A DNA stretch of 64,000 nt from Rikenellaceae bacterium (GCA_900769905.1 CAAGIL010000170.1:10542-74541), one strand, 5' to 3'. Shown: positions 49,801 to 60,057, counted from the stretch's first letter. Numbers and translations are program-made. Notes: a model not told the origin generated them from the letters alone.

Positions 49801-50436
49801 GTGATACGCCTCAAGCAGAAGGGGGATCCCGTATGGCAGGAGAGGTTCGACGAGGCGAGCAAGGTGCTGCTCGACCATATCGACATTCTGACGGACACGG
49901 CCAACGAGTTCTCGACCTTTGCGAAACTCTATACCGAGACCCCTGCGGAAATAGCCTTGGATACGCTCATACGCGAGGAAATTGCAATGTTCGACAACAG
50001 GGACAATATAGAGTTCATTTATCTCGGATTCGAGGATGTGAAGGTTATGGGACCAAAGCCTCAGCTCACCCGCGTGTTCGTCAATCTGCTCAACAATGCC
50101 GTGCAGGCTATAGGCGACAAGGAGGATGGAAAGATAGTGGTATCCCTGCGCAACTCCAACGAGGACGGTTTCTATGACATAGTATTCGAGGACAACGGTC
50201 CGGGAGTGTCCGAGGAAAACGAGTCCAGGCTCTTCTCCCCGAACTTCACCACCAAGAATGCCGGGTCAGGCCTGGGCCTTGCCATCAGCCGAAGCATACT
50301 GGAACGTTGCGGGGCAAGGATATCATACCACCGCTCCTACACTCTTGGAGGAGCTTGCTTCAGCATCACTTACCCTAAGGAAATGCCTGAGGAGTTTACT
50401 TCTGACGGCAGAAAATCTGAACCGGACAACCGTTGA
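46879..50436 (+). CDS. Large multi-pass membrane sensor histidine kinase (1185 aa)
   Basis: The ATG overlaps the rlmH stop (TAATG). There are at least 9 predicted TM segments and two large extracytoplasmic loops. A HAMP-like linker is followed by HisKA ([12 protein letters not shown]) and HATPase_c (NLLNNAVQA...DNGPGV...GSGLGLAI). Confidence 0.8.
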   Translation: MKNKKHIFNALTALMLLISAVLMVFSSTRVRSAADADRVAAGVSRALEKRMELLDGYIARALAQDPSTWLSLEDLPPDMVVYRYIADTLQSWIGEFSVSNDNIHSGTYLPVITNPARSLVSPLAMVADSATFVNMGQHWYLAKSVEEDDCRIIAGLEILSNTNGQRMRANPALHINPCYAVRTLAETGGSAVCLDGKPVFKVICETMDASLLKDSGLMWLALAFLIAAAYCFLLADRNVKRLLITLLVLVSVMASFYLWGRNAGGRLIIFSPVLYAGGPVFSSLGAVVIANLAVLLIVSCFYIARDGLSGVFRNDRQRWTFLLLDLALIVLLLVYTHLTLKSIILNSGISLELFKPAEFTPFCAIVYASFISMLMSVPMLVQLGSVSAPERFRGRVNAFSVGNKLLYSIFISVYLISISSVLGFRKEQDRMEVLANRLSFDRDIALEMRLRRVENQIAEDMIISALSVFNNTASTIQGRILDTYFSRSEQDYIVSVYVFNDSNNTRAALDQYNRLLKDGVPIADNSRFLYVKRDGGHSYYVGLFLYLVEGNGISRVLVCLESKDIRGNKGYASIFGITPPGKVTIPAGYSYARYEGANLKSSHGSFAYPTRLGPKMMQLSYEQKDRTETVNGYTHFFTLISDNEMVAISRAKTDFVTYLVSGILVAIITFLLMCLISLKWSDRHNYGWTFFRTRIMGLLLASLILTLVAMVAVSVFFVASRNDTNMHTMMSEKILSISSMMEAGNATINDPAEFNYSQLRRLMEQVGSDTNSDISLYTPDGRMMMSTTPMVFERQFLGNRINGMAYSEIVYNYKKYHIQRESSASVNFYSLYAPLRSRDGNILAIICSPYSEENYDFEQDAVTHTMTVVAIFLFFLILSTFMVSRIVDKMFGPLGEMSRKMNSADLDSLEYIEYDRNDEITSIVQAYNRMVTELSESSRKLAQAERDKAWSGMARQVAHEIKNPLTPMKLQLQRVIRLKQKGDPVWQERFDEASKVLLDHIDILTDTANEFSTFAKLYTETPAEIALDTLIREEIAMFDNRDNIEFIYLGFEDVKVMGPKPQLTRVFVNLLNNAVQAIGDKEDGKIVVSLRNSNEDGFYDIVFEDNGPGVSEENESRLFSPNFTTKNAGSGLGLAISRSILERCGARISYHRSYTLGGACFSITYPKEMPEEFTSDGRKSEPDNR

Positions 50437-51703
50437 GGTTGAAATTCTTCCTGATCTGGTTCTCAAGGAAACGTTTGTACGGCTCCTTGATGTACTGAGG
50501 CAGATTGCAGAAGAAGGCGAATGCCGGGAACCTGGTCGGGAGCTGGGTGACGTACTTTATCTTCACGTACTTGCCCTTCCACGCAGGTGGCGGAGTCTCC
50601 TCTATGATAGGAAGCAGGATTTCGTTGAGCCTGGCGGTAGGAATCTTCCTGCTGTAGTTGGCATAGACTTCGGTGGCGGCGTTGAGCACGTCCTGGATGC
50701 GCTGCATCTTGAGCACTGAGGTAAATACAATAGGAATGTCGTTGAACGGAGCCAGCCTTGCCTTCAGGGCTTCGGTGTACTCCTTCATCGTGTTGGAATC
50801 CTTGATGAAGAGGTCCCACTTGTTCACTACGACCACGCAGCCCTTCTTGTTCTTGATTATGAGGTTGTAAATGCTCATATCCTGGGCTTCCATTCCCGTG
50901 GTGGCATCAATCATCAGTATGCAGATGTCGGAATGCTCTATCGCCCTGATGGAACGCATCACGGAATAGAACTCCAGGTCCTCGTGTACCTTGGTCTTCC
51001 TGCGTATGCCTGCCGTATCCACGAGCATGAACTCGAAGCCGAACTTGTTGTAATGGGTCTCGATTGCGTCCCTGGTCGTGCCGGCGACAGGGGTGACAAT
51101 GTTCCTCTCTTCGCCCAGGAGGGCATTGGTGAGGGAGGACTTGCCCACGTTAGGCTTGCCCACGATGGCGATTCGCGGAAGTTCGGCATAAGGGTCCGGG
51201 CCCTGTTCCTCCTCCGGAAGCACCGCCACGAGTGCGTCGAGCAGGTCGCCGGTGCCGCTGCCGTTGGCCGCGGAGATGCTGTAGATTTCTCCCAGCCCCA
51301 GGGAATAGAACTGGTATGCGTCGAACATCTTCTCTCCGGAATCCACCTTGTTGACGCAGAGTACCACCGGCTTGCGGGAACGCCTGAGTATATCGGCGAT
51401 CTCGGAGTCGTAGTCGGTGATGCCGGTGCCTGCCTCGACCATAAACAGTATGGCATCAGCTTCCTCAATTGCTATCTGCACCTGGGAACGGATGGCGCTT
51501 TCGAAAACGTCATCGGAATTGGTGGTGTATCCGCCGGTGTCGACTACGGAGAATTCTTTCCCGCACCAGTCGCAACGTCCGTAATGGCGGTCGCGGGTCA
51601 CGCCCGCTGTATCATCTACTATTGCCTGCCTCATTCCGACGAGGCGGTTGAACAGGGTTGATTTGCCGACATTAGGCCGGCCGACTATTGCTACCAGACT
51701 CAT
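50396..51703 (-). CDS. der: Ribosome-biogenesis GTPase Der (EngA)
   Basis: Two GTPase domains (two GxPNVGKS boxes) and a KH-like C-terminal domain. The start is taken at [15 protein letters not shown]. Confidence 0.9.
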   Translation of the reverse strand: MSLVAIVGRPNVGKSTLFNRLVGMRQAIVDDTAGVTRDRHYGRCDWCGKEFSVVDTGGYTTNSDDVFESAIRSQVQIAIEEADAILFMVEAGTGITDYDSEIADILRRSRKPVVLCVNKVDSGEKMFDAYQFYSLGLGEIYSISAANGSGTGDLLDALVAVLPEEEQGPDPYAELPRIAIVGKPNVGKSSLTNALLGEERNIVTPVAGTTRDAIETHYNKFGFEFMLVDTAGIRRKTKVHEDLEFYSVMRSIRAIEHSDICILMIDATTGMEAQDMSIYNLIIKNKKGCVVVVNKWDLFIKDSNTMKEYTEALKARLAPFNDIPIVFTSVLKMQRIQDVLNAATEVYANYSRKIPTARLNEILLPIIEETPPPAWKGKYVKIKYVTQLPTRFPAFAFFCNLPQYIKEPYKRFLENQIRKNFNLNGCPVQIFCRQK

Positions 51704-51926
51704 ATAATTTACATTCTTTGCAGGCGTCGCTGTAATCGCCGCTGCAGTGTTTTCTGTGCAATGCGGCATCCTCGTCCTTGTAACAGCGAATGCCGCGCTT
51801 TCTCATTTCCTCGTTGGAACCCACGTCGTAGTGCGGAAAATCCTTTTTCCGCACAAGTATGTTGAAACTCAGTCCCAGTACGCACAGGGCGACGAGGGCA
51901 AGGGCGAGGAGAAATACTTTCATCAT
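51672..51926 (-). CDS. Small Cys-rich membrane-anchored protein (hypothetical)
   Basis: An 84-aa ORF with an N-terminal TM/signal ([16 protein letters not shown]) and a 4-Cys tail (C..HC......C..C). It lies 1 nt after the prs stop and overlaps the der start by 32 nt. Confidence 0.35.
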   Translation of the reverse strand: MMKVFLLALALVALCVLGLSFNILVRKKDFPHYDVGSNEEMRKRGIRCYKDEDAALHRKHCSGDYSDACKECKLYESGSNSRPA

Positions 51927-51927
51927 A

Positions 51928-52899
51928 TCAGAACACGAAGTCGCTGCTTATGGACTCGTAGTTGTAAACCTTGTTGATGATGTGTGCAAATACCGCGGTC
52001 ATCGTCACAATCCTTATCTTCGGATCGTTTGCGAGCTCAGGATGCGGCACGGTGTCGGTGATGAAGACCTCTTCAAGCACGGAATTGTGGATTCTTTCCA
52101 GGGCTTCCCCTGAGAAGATGCCGTGGGTGGCGCAGGCCCTGACGCTCTTTGCGCCCTTGCTCTTGAGCACTTCAGCCGCCTTGCAGAGCGTGCCGGCGGT
52201 GTCGATCATGTCGTCGACGATGATGATGTTCTTGCCCTCGACCTCACCTATTGCGGTGATTGACCCCACTACGTTGGCCCTTTCCCTGGTCTTGTGGCAG
52301 ATGATGACGGATGCCCCCAGGTCTTTGGCATAGGCGTTAGCCCTCTTGGCTCCGCCCATGTCAGGAGCGGCGATTGCCAGGTCCTCGATATTACGTTCCT
52401 TGATGTAAGGGATGAATACCTTGCTGGCATAGATGTGGTCCACCGGGATGTCGAAGAAACCCTGGATCTGGTCGGCGTGCAGGTCGCAGGCCATGACCCT
52501 GTCGGCACCGGCGGCGCGGAGAAGGTTGGCAACCAGTTTGGCACCGATGGCCACCCTCGGCTTGTCCTTGCGGTCCTGGCGGGCCCATCCGAAATAAGGC
52601 ATAACCGCTACGACTGAATCGGCTGAAGCCCTTTTGGCCGCATCGATGGTCAGAAGCAGTTCCATAAGGTTGTCTGCAGGCGGTATAGTCGACTGCAGGA
52701 TATAAACTGAAGCGCCGCGGACGCTCTCAGTGAATTTCGGCTGAAATTCACCGTCACTGAACGGGGTTAGCTCCAGCTCTCCGAGGTGCATCTCGGGCTG
52801 GTCGGGGTCCCTGAGTTCGTTCAGATGTTTGATGACTTTGCTGGCAAAGTCCTTGGATGCGCGGCAGGCGAATAATTCCAGTCTGTGGGAGTGTAACAT
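51928..52899 (-). CDS. prs: Ribose-phosphate pyrophosphokinase
   Basis: The start is taken at MLHSHRLELFAC, which aligns with the Prs N-terminus. The PRPP-binding loop DLHADQIQGFF and DDMIDTAGT are present. Confidence 0.9.
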   Translation of the reverse strand: MLHSHRLELFACRASKDFASKVIKHLNELRDPDQPEMHLGELELTPFSDGEFQPKFTESVRGASVYILQSTIPPADNLMELLLTIDAAKRASADSVVAVMPYFGWARQDRKDKPRVAIGAKLVANLLRAAGADRVMACDLHADQIQGFFDIPVDHIYASKVFIPYIKERNIEDLAIAAPDMGGAKRANAYAKDLGASVIICHKTRERANVVGSITAIGEVEGKNIIIVDDMIDTAGTLCKAAEVLKSKGAKSVRACATHGIFSGEALERIHNSVLEEVFITDTVPHPELANDPKIRIVTMTAVFAHIINKVYNYESISSDFVF

Positions 52900-52903
52900 A
52901 AAA

Positions 52904-53509
52904 CTATTTTGCATTAAGATTGTTAAGTATCCTGTCGATGTAGGACAATATCTCTTCCTTCCCTGCACCGGTTTTGGAAGAGGAGCAGAGAACTTCCGGT
53001 AACTCCTCCCATTGCTCCATAAGAACCCTGGAGTTGCGTTCGAGCCGCGCAGCCAGCACATTCGGGCCCTGCTTCTCGCACTTGGTCATGATAATGCTGA
53101 ACGGGATGCCGTGCTCTCCGAGCTCGCTGATGAAGTCTATGTCTATGCGCCCTATGTCGTGGCGGGAGTCCACCAGAACAAAAAGCATCACAAGATCTTC
53201 CGACCCTGTGATGTAATCCCTGATAATCTCTGCGATCTGCTGCTTCCCTTCCCGCCCGAGCTTGGCGTAGCCGTAGCCCGGGAGGTCCACAAGATACCAG
53301 CTGTCATTTATGAGGAAATGATTTACGAGCTTGGTCTTTCCCGGAGTGGAGGATGTCATGGCAAGCTTTTCGTTGCCGCATAACATATTGATAAGCGACG
53401 ACTTGCCGACATTGGACCGGCCTATGAAAGCAAATTCCGGCAGGCGTCTCTTCGGTTTCCCGGCCGCCTTGGTGCTGCTGCCTGCAAATCTGGCTTCAGA
53501 GATCTTCAT
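52904..53509 (-). CDS. engB: Ribosome-biogenesis GTP-binding protein YsxC/EngB
   Basis: The start is taken at MKISEARF. The G1 box is GRSNVGKSS. Confidence 0.85.
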   Translation of the reverse strand: MKISEARFAGSSTKAAGKPKRRLPEFAFIGRSNVGKSSLINMLCGNEKLAMTSSTPGKTKLVNHFLINDSWYLVDLPGYGYAKLGREGKQQIAEIIRDYITGSEDLVMLFVLVDSRHDIGRIDIDFISELGEHGIPFSIIMTKCEKQGPNVLAARLERNSRVLMEQWEELPEVLCSSSKTGAGKEEILSYIDRILNNLNAK

Positions 53510-53631
53510 ATAACAAGAAACAAATGCAGATGTTAATTCTTTGCAAATATAGCAAATCTTTGCCATTTTTTGTAATTTTGCAAGAACGGAAAAGGCTTGG
53601 CCTTTTTCAGGACCAATATTGACCTTGACGT

Positions 53632-55593
53632 ATGAACAAGAGAATTTACCAGACTGATCCCTGGCTTGAGCCGTTCAGGCCGGCGATAGATGCACGACAC
53701 GAAAGGATACTTGCCGAGAAGCGCAAGCTTGCCGGCGAAGGCTCCTTGAGCGCTGCGGTCAACAATCATCTTTACTACCCTCTCCATAAGGAAGGACCCG
53801 AATGGGTTCTGCGCGAATGGGCACCTAATGCGAGCCGCATCTACCTTATAGGGGATTTCAACAACTGGAAGCGCACCGACAGTTATGCCCTGAAACCTGT
53901 GGGACAGGGCAACTGGGAAATCAGACTGCCGGAAATCTGCCTTCATCACGGAGATTTGTACAAGTTCTGGATAGAGTGGTCCGGCGGCGGTGCGGAAAGG
54001 CTTCCGGCGTATGCGACCAGGGTGGTTCAGGACCCTGATACCAAGGTTTTCAGTGCCCAGGTATGGAACCCTGAACCGTATGAGTGGAAGCACCGTAACC
54101 CGGGCAAACGACCGCATCCGCTCATCTATGAATGCCACATCGGCATGAGTTCCGAGCAGGAGAAGGTGTCCACCTTCGAAGAGTTCAGGACCACGGTGCT
54201 CCCGAGGGTAAAGGCCCTGGGCTACAATGTCCTGCAGATAATGGCGCTGCAGGAGCACCCTTATTACGGTTCTTTCGGCTATCAGGTGTCAAACTTCTTT
54301 GCCCTGAGTTCCCGCTTCGGCACGCCTGAGGACTTCAAGCGCCTCGTGGATGATGCCCACGCCCGCGGAATTGCGGTCATTATGGACATAGTCCATTCCC
54401 ATTCGGTGATCAATGAGGCCGAAGGCCTGAGCCGCTTCGACGGCAGGGACGACCTGTATTTCTACAAGGGCCATCAGGGTTACCATCCCGCCTGGGGCTC
54501 CCGCTGTTTCGACTACGGCAAGGACGAGGTCAAGTACTTCCTGCTTTCCAACTGCAAATACTGGATGGAGGAGTACCATCTCGACGGCTTCCGTTTCGAC
54601 GGCGTGACAAGCATGATATACTGGGACCACGGTCTGGGCAAGGACTTCGGCAACTATTCCCTCTACTTCGACAACGGAGTTGACGAGAATGCGATTACTT
54701 ACCTCGCGCTGGCGAATATGCTCATCCACGAACTCAATCCGAATGCAATCACGATTGCGGAGGATGTCAGCGGAATGGCCGGACTGGCGGCTCCGTTCTC
54801 CGCCTATGGCGTGGGCTTCGACTTCAGGATGGCTATGGGTATTGCCGACCACTGGATCAAGTGGATAAAGGAGCTCAGGGACGAGGACTGGAGTATGGGA
54901 GGAATATGGTGGGAGCTCACCAACAAGCGTGCCGACGAGAAGACCATATCCTACGCCGAGTGCCACGACCAGGCCCTGGTGGGCGACAAGACCATCATCT
55001 TCCGCCTGATGGACAAGGAGATGTATTACAGCATGAGCAAGTCTTCGCAGAACGGAATTGTGGACAGGGGAATAGCCCTGCACAAGCTCATACGCCTGGT
55101 GACCCTCGCGACCTGCGGTGGCGGATACCTGAACTTCATGGGCAACGAATTCGGACATCCCGAGTGGATAGACTTCCCTCGCGAGGGGAACGGCTGGTCC
55201 TGCAAATATGCCCGCAGACAATGGTCACTTGCCGACAATCCTGATCTCAGATATGGCGGACTCCAGGCTTTCGATGCTGCTATGGTGAAGTATGTGAAGG
55301 CCGAGAAGATTCTGAACGCCTTCCCGGAGCAGTTATATGTCGATGAAAGGGCAAAAGTTTTGATATTCAAGCGGGGAAATAGTATCTTTGCATTCAATTT
55401 CAGTCCGAACGCATCCTATGCGGATTTCCGCTTCCATGCTCCGGACGGAGTTTACGTAATGGCCTTCAACTCAGACGAAGAAAGATTTGGAGGTTTTTCA
55501 AGGCTTCAGCAGGATGAGAAGCATTTTACCGTTGACGGGGTGCTTTCTCTCTATCTGCCGAGCCGTGTTGTTGTTGTATTGAAGAAATTGTAA
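53632..55593 (+). CDS. glgB: 1,4-alpha-glucan branching enzyme (GH13, eukaryote-like subfamily)
   Basis: An N-terminal CBM48-like region is followed by GH13 catalytic regions (GFRFDGVTSM, EDVSG, CHDQALVGDK). Confidence 0.85.
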   Translation: MNKRIYQTDPWLEPFRPAIDARHERILAEKRKLAGEGSLSAAVNNHLYYPLHKEGPEWVLREWAPNASRIYLIGDFNNWKRTDSYALKPVGQGNWEIRLPEICLHHGDLYKFWIEWSGGGAERLPAYATRVVQDPDTKVFSAQVWNPEPYEWKHRNPGKRPHPLIYECHIGMSSEQEKVSTFEEFRTTVLPRVKALGYNVLQIMALQEHPYYGSFGYQVSNFFALSSRFGTPEDFKRLVDDAHARGIAVIMDIVHSHSVINEAEGLSRFDGRDDLYFYKGHQGYHPAWGSRCFDYGKDEVKYFLLSNCKYWMEEYHLDGFRFDGVTSMIYWDHGLGKDFGNYSLYFDNGVDENAITYLALANMLIHELNPNAITIAEDVSGMAGLAAPFSAYGVGFDFRMAMGIADHWIKWIKELRDEDWSMGGIWWELTNKRADEKTISYAECHDQALVGDKTIIFRLMDKEMYYSMSKSSQNGIVDRGIALHKLIRLVTLATCGGGYLNFMGNEFGHPEWIDFPREGNGWSCKYARRQWSLADNPDLRYGGLQAFDAAMVKYVKAEKILNAFPEQLYVDERAKVLIFKRGNSIFAFNFSPNASYADFRFHAPDGVYVMAFNSDEERFGGFSRLQQDEKHFTVDGVLSLYLPSRVVVVLKKL

Positions 55594-55601
55594 TATAGAC
55601 T

Positions 55602-57545
55602 ATGGCATTCATTAAATTCAACAAGTCCGAGCTTGTGAATATTGCCTACTCTCTAAAGAGGGAGATTCTGAGCGCCAATAAGACCGGTGCGTATTGCAAC
55701 ACGTCGATTCTGACCTGCAATACGAGGCGTTATCACGGTCTTCTGGCCGTCACCCTGGACCGTTTCGGAGGGGACAGATATCTTCTGCTCTCGGATCTGG
55801 ATGAGAGCCTCATCATCAAGGGTAAGCAGTTCAACCTCGGAATTCATTGCTATGGAGACATCTATGAGCCGCGCGGACACAAGTACGTAGTGGACTTCAG
55901 CGCGGATCCGGTGCCTCAGATCACCTACAAGGTCGGAGAGGTGCTTTTCCGCAAGAGCATCCTTCTCGCCCAGGACCGTGACCAGGTCCTTGTAAAGTAT
56001 GAACTCCTCGAGTCTCCTGCTCCCGTGAAGCTCATCCTCAAGCCTTTCCTGGCCTTCCGCAACACCCACGCCCTTACCCATCAGAACTCCGCCGCCAACA
56101 CCGCAGGCCGCGAGATCCCGGGAGGTATGGCGTTCTGTATGTATGCCAACTTCCCGGACCTTCATCTTCAGCTCAGCGATTCCAAGTCCAGTTTCGTGGA
56201 AGGTCCTCACTGGAACAACAACATCACCTACTCCGACGAGTATCGCCGCGGTTTCGACTGCCGTGAAGACCTCTTCGTGCCGGGCACTTTCGAGTGTACG
56301 CTCAAGACGGGTGGGTCAGTGGTGTTCTCCGCTTCCCTTGCCCAGGAGGAGCCGGCAGGACTCAAGAGGCGTTTCAATTCCGGTGTCGTCGCTGCCGGTG
56401 AAATCACGGGTTATCGCGACCAGCTTTGCCGCTGCGCCGACAGCCTTATCATAGACCACAACAACAAGAAGAGGATCAATGCCGGCCTTACCTGGCTGTA
56501 CAACGGACTGCTCAGGGAGACCCTGCTGTCTCTCCCGGGACTCACGCTCTATGCCAAGAACGACGCAAAGCTCTTCGAGGAGATTCTCGACAATCTCATC
56601 GCCGATGAGCAGGAAAGACTCTTCCACAGGACCACTCAGGTGGAGGCCCCTCTCTCCCTTGCCGGCATACTGCAGGAATATGTGGACTGGGGCGCTGACG
56701 AGAAGGCAGTGTGGAAGAAGTACGGTGCCACTGTCTGCGGCATAGTCGAAAGCTACCTGCCGGGCGTACGCGCCGAGATAGCTATGCAGCCTAACGGTCT
56801 GCTCTGGGCCCAGAAGGACCGCACCGCCCTGTCCTGGATGAACGCCTACGTGGACGGACATCCTGTGACCGAGCGTGCAGGCTACCAGGTCGAGACCAAC
56901 GCGCTCTGGTACAATGCAGTATGCTACGCCATCGATATGGAGCAGAAATACGGCCGCAAGAAGAATGACTTCGTGCAGAAGTGGATTCCGATCCGCGATA
57001 TGATCAAGGCCAACTACCAGAAGACTTTCTGGAACGAGCAGCGCGGCTGTCTTGCCGACTATGTCGACAACAACGGCCAGAATATGGACATACGTCCTAA
57101 CCAGCTCTGCCCGCTCGTATGCAAATATTCCCCTATTGATGACGAGCTCGCTCCTTCCATCCTCAGGGTGGTGGACGGTGAACTGGTGACCGCGCGCGGC
57201 ATCAGGACCCTTTCTCCGAGGGATGTCAAGTACAGGGGAGTTTATGAAGGAGCCCAGAGGGACAGGGACCTTGCCTACCACCAGGGTTGCACCCGTCCTT
57301 GCCTGCTGGAACCGTATGTGAAGGTTGCATTCCGCATCAAGGGCCCGTCCTTCCTCAAGAAAGCCGAATGGCTTGTGGAGGGATTCTACGAGGACCTCGG
57401 CCAGCACGGGGTGGGAGCCTTCTCCGAACTCTATGACGGAGACCCTCCTCACGCACCTCACGGAGCCATCTCGTCTGCGCTCAGCACCTCGGCTCTGCTT
57501 TCCGTTGAACATATTCTGGACAAATACAGGGAGGAAGGAAAATGA
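55602..57545 (+). CDS. Glycogen debranching enzyme family protein (GDE N-terminal domain plus amylo-alpha-1,6-glucosidase domain)
   Basis: Archaeal-type GDE N-domain and a C-terminal (alpha/alpha)6 barrel, inferred from overall similarity to Bacteroides 'glycogen debranching enzyme, archaeal type' proteins. Confidence 0.75.
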   Translation: MAFIKFNKSELVNIAYSLKREILSANKTGAYCNTSILTCNTRRYHGLLAVTLDRFGGDRYLLLSDLDESLIIKGKQFNLGIHCYGDIYEPRGHKYVVDFSADPVPQITYKVGEVLFRKSILLAQDRDQVLVKYELLESPAPVKLILKPFLAFRNTHALTHQNSAANTAGREIPGGMAFCMYANFPDLHLQLSDSKSSFVEGPHWNNNITYSDEYRRGFDCREDLFVPGTFECTLKTGGSVVFSASLAQEEPAGLKRRFNSGVVAAGEITGYRDQLCRCADSLIIDHNNKKRINAGLTWLYNGLLRETLLSLPGLTLYAKNDAKLFEEILDNLIADEQERLFHRTTQVEAPLSLAGILQEYVDWGADEKAVWKKYGATVCGIVESYLPGVRAEIAMQPNGLLWAQKDRTALSWMNAYVDGHPVTERAGYQVETNALWYNAVCYAIDMEQKYGRKKNDFVQKWIPIRDMIKANYQKTFWNEQRGCLADYVDNNGQNMDIRPNQLCPLVCKYSPIDDELAPSILRVVDGELVTARGIRTLSPRDVKYRGVYEGAQRDRDLAYHQGCTRPCLLEPYVKVAFRIKGPSFLKKAEWLVEGFYEDLGQHGVGAFSELYDGDPPHAPHGAISSALSTSALLSVEHILDKYREEGK

Positions 57546-58831
57546 AAGTATTGATGTTCGGTTGGGAGTTCCCGCCTCATATCGCAGGCGGACTCGGAAC
57601 TGCCTGTGAAGGCATAGTCAAGGGCCTTGCCCACAACGGAGTGGAAGTGCTTTTCGTGATGCCTTCCGCCTCGGGAGACGAGGACCAGAGCTGCGCGAAG
57701 ATACTCAACGCCAGCGACGTGGCCGTTGCTAATGTCAGCGACACGGTTGAGGAGTTCCTCGACAAGGTGAAGTTCATCAACGTGGACTCCAACATCGTGC
57801 CTTACGTGGACCCGGATGAGTATTTCGAGGCCATAGAGCAGATGAAGAAGAACAGGGTTCACGAGACCACCGTAGGTTTCGGGCAGAAGTTCAAGTTCTC
57901 CGGAAAGTATGGCGCCAACCTCCTTGAGGAGGTGTCCCGTTACGCCCAGGTCGGCGGAACCATTGCGATGCAGTATGACGGTCAGTTCGACGTGATCCAC
58001 GCCCACGACTGGCTTACCTACCTCGCCGGAATCGCCGCCAAGGAGCTCACCGGCAAACCGCTGGTGGTGCACGTTCACGCCACCTCCTACGACAGAGGTT
58101 CTGACGATATGGTGGATACCAGGGTGCTCGCCATCGAGAAGAAGGGTATGGAGGCCGCCGACAAGGTTGTCACCGTGAGCGACCTCACCCGCAATATAGT
58201 CATCAACAAATACGGGATCGACCCGGCCAAGGTGGTGACCGTCCACAACGCCGTGGACTTCAGCGGAAGGAGCAAGATGGAAGTGGAAAGGGGAGTGAAG
58301 GACAAGATTGTAACCTTCCTCGGCCGCATCACCTTCCAGAAGGGCCCTGAGTATTTCATAGAGGCTGCGGCCAAGGTCCTGAAGAGGACCCGCAATGTCC
58401 GTTTCGTTATGGCCGGCAGCGGAGATATGATGAACAAGGCAATACGCCAGGTGGCAAGGCTCGGCATTTCCGACCGTTTCCACTTCACCGGTTTCCTCAG
58501 GGGACAGGAAGTGCAGAAGATGTTTGCACTTTCGGATGTTTATATTATGCCGTCCGTCTCCGAGCCTTTCGGCATCTCTCCGCTTGAGGCGATGCAGTCC
58601 AACGTGCCTTCAGTCATTTCCTACCAGTCCGGAGCCGCAGAGGTGCTCAAATATGCCCTCAAGGTGGATTTCTGGGATGTCGACGCTATGGCCGACCAGA
58701 TTTATGCCCTGCTCAATTATCCGGCTCTTGCCGATTTCGCAACCAAGCAGGGATACGACGAGGTAAATGAGCTCAAGTGGGATGGAGCCACTGCAAAGCT
58801 CAAGAAAGTTTATGAATCAGTAGTCAAGTAA
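57542..58831 (+). CDS. Family 4 glycosyltransferase (putative alpha-glucan/glycogen synthase)
   Basis: A GT-B fold with GT4-type N-terminus (EFPPHIAGGLGT) and a C-terminal E..G motif region. It sits inside the alpha-glucan gene cluster. Confidence 0.75.
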   Translation: MKVLMFGWEFPPHIAGGLGTACEGIVKGLAHNGVEVLFVMPSASGDEDQSCAKILNASDVAVANVSDTVEEFLDKVKFINVDSNIVPYVDPDEYFEAIEQMKKNRVHETTVGFGQKFKFSGKYGANLLEEVSRYAQVGGTIAMQYDGQFDVIHAHDWLTYLAGIAAKELTGKPLVVHVHATSYDRGSDDMVDTRVLAIEKKGMEAADKVVTVSDLTRNIVINKYGIDPAKVVTVHNAVDFSGRSKMEVERGVKDKIVTFLGRITFQKGPEYFIEAAAKVLKRTRNVRFVMAGSGDMMNKAIRQVARLGISDRFHFTGFLRGQEVQKMFALSDVYIMPSVSEPFGISPLEAMQSNVPSVISYQSGAAEVLKYALKVDFWDVDAMADQIYALLNYPALADFATKQGYDEVNELKWDGATAKLKKVYESVVK

Positions 58832-58835
58832 CAAT

Positions 58836-60032
58836 ATGAAAAAATCAGTTTGCCTTTACTTCCAGGTACACCAGCCGACCAGACTCCGCCTTTATCGTTT
58901 CTTTGATATAGGCAAGGATTCCCACTACTACGACGACTTCGCCAACAGGACCATACTCAAGAGGATAGCCCAAAAGTGCTACCTCCCTATGAATGAGCTG
59001 CTGCTGGATGCCATCAAATGCAACAAGGGTAAGTTCAAGCTTGCCTTCTCGATATCAGGTTCCGCTCTCGAGCAGTTTGACCGTTATGCTCCGGAAGTGA
59101 TTGACAGCTTCAGGAAGCTCGCGGATACCGGTTGCGTGGAGTTCCTCTGCGAAACCTACAACCATTCGCTTGCCTCCCTTGCCTCCAGGCAGGAATTCGA
59201 GCATCAGGTGAATAAGCACAAGGAAGCCATAGAGCACTATTTCGGAGTGACTCCAAAGACCTTCCGCAACACCGAGCTCATCTATTCCGACAGCATAGGA
59301 AAGGATGTCTATGATCTCGGATTCAAGACCATACTCACCGAAGGCGCCCGCCACATTATGGGATGGCAGAGCCCTAACTACCTTTACAGGAACGACATCA
59401 AGAGCGGCCTGAAGGTGCTTTTGAGGAACTACTCCCTCAGCGACGACATAGCCTTCCGCTTCTCCAACAGGGGATGGTCCGAGTGGCCTCTCACTGCCGA
59501 GAAATATGTGGGATGGCTCAAGGCTGCTGAAGGTGAAATCGTAAACCTCTTTATGGATTATGAGACCTTCGGAGAGCATCAGAGTGAGGATTGCGGCATC
59601 TTCAGCTTTATGCGTGCCCTTGCCGATTTCGTATGCAAGGATTCCGAGCTTGAATTCGTCACCCCTTCAAGGGCTGCCACCAAGCACAAGCCTGTGGGTG
59701 AAATCTCCGTACCGGAGGCCATTTCCTGGGCTGACGAAGAGAGGGATCTCTCCGCCTGGCTCGGAAACGAGCTTCAGCAGGATGCCTACAACAAGCTCTA
59801 CGCCCTCGAGGAGAAGCTTTCCCTCGCCGACAACGAGGCGCTCTGGGCAGACTACGGCCACCTTCAGGAGAGCGACCACCTGTATTATATGTGCACCAAA
59901 TTCTTCTCTGACGGAGAAGTGCACAGCCGTTTCAACCCTTATTCCGGACCGTATGACGCGTTCATCAACTATATGAACGTGCTCAGCGACTTCAGCATCA
60001 GGGTCAACAATGCCATTGCAGAAAAACAATAA
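58836..60032 (+). CDS. Glycoside hydrolase family 57 (alpha-amylase / 4-alpha-glucanotransferase type)
   Basis: GH57 region I (FQVHQP) and the catalytic region (DYETFGEH) are present. Confidence 0.85.
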   Translation: MKKSVCLYFQVHQPTRLRLYRFFDIGKDSHYYDDFANRTILKRIAQKCYLPMNELLLDAIKCNKGKFKLAFSISGSALEQFDRYAPEVIDSFRKLADTGCVEFLCETYNHSLASLASRQEFEHQVNKHKEAIEHYFGVTPKTFRNTELIYSDSIGKDVYDLGFKTILTEGARHIMGWQSPNYLYRNDIKSGLKVLLRNYSLSDDIAFRFSNRGWSEWPLTAEKYVGWLKAAEGEIVNLFMDYETFGEHQSEDCGIFSFMRALADFVCKDSELEFVTPSRAATKHKPVGEISVPEAISWADEERDLSAWLGNELQQDAYNKLYALEEKLSLADNEALWADYGHLQESDHLYYMCTKFFSDGEVHSRFNPYSGPYDAFINYMNVLSDFSIRVNNAIAEKQ

Positions 60033-60057
60033 ACTAGTAGTGTATATTTTATAAAAG

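Noticed and set aside
53533-54258. 241-aa minus-strand ORF overlapping the glgB 5' region.
   Set aside because: It is antisense to the well-supported GH13 branching enzyme N-terminus and extends into the divergent promoter region.
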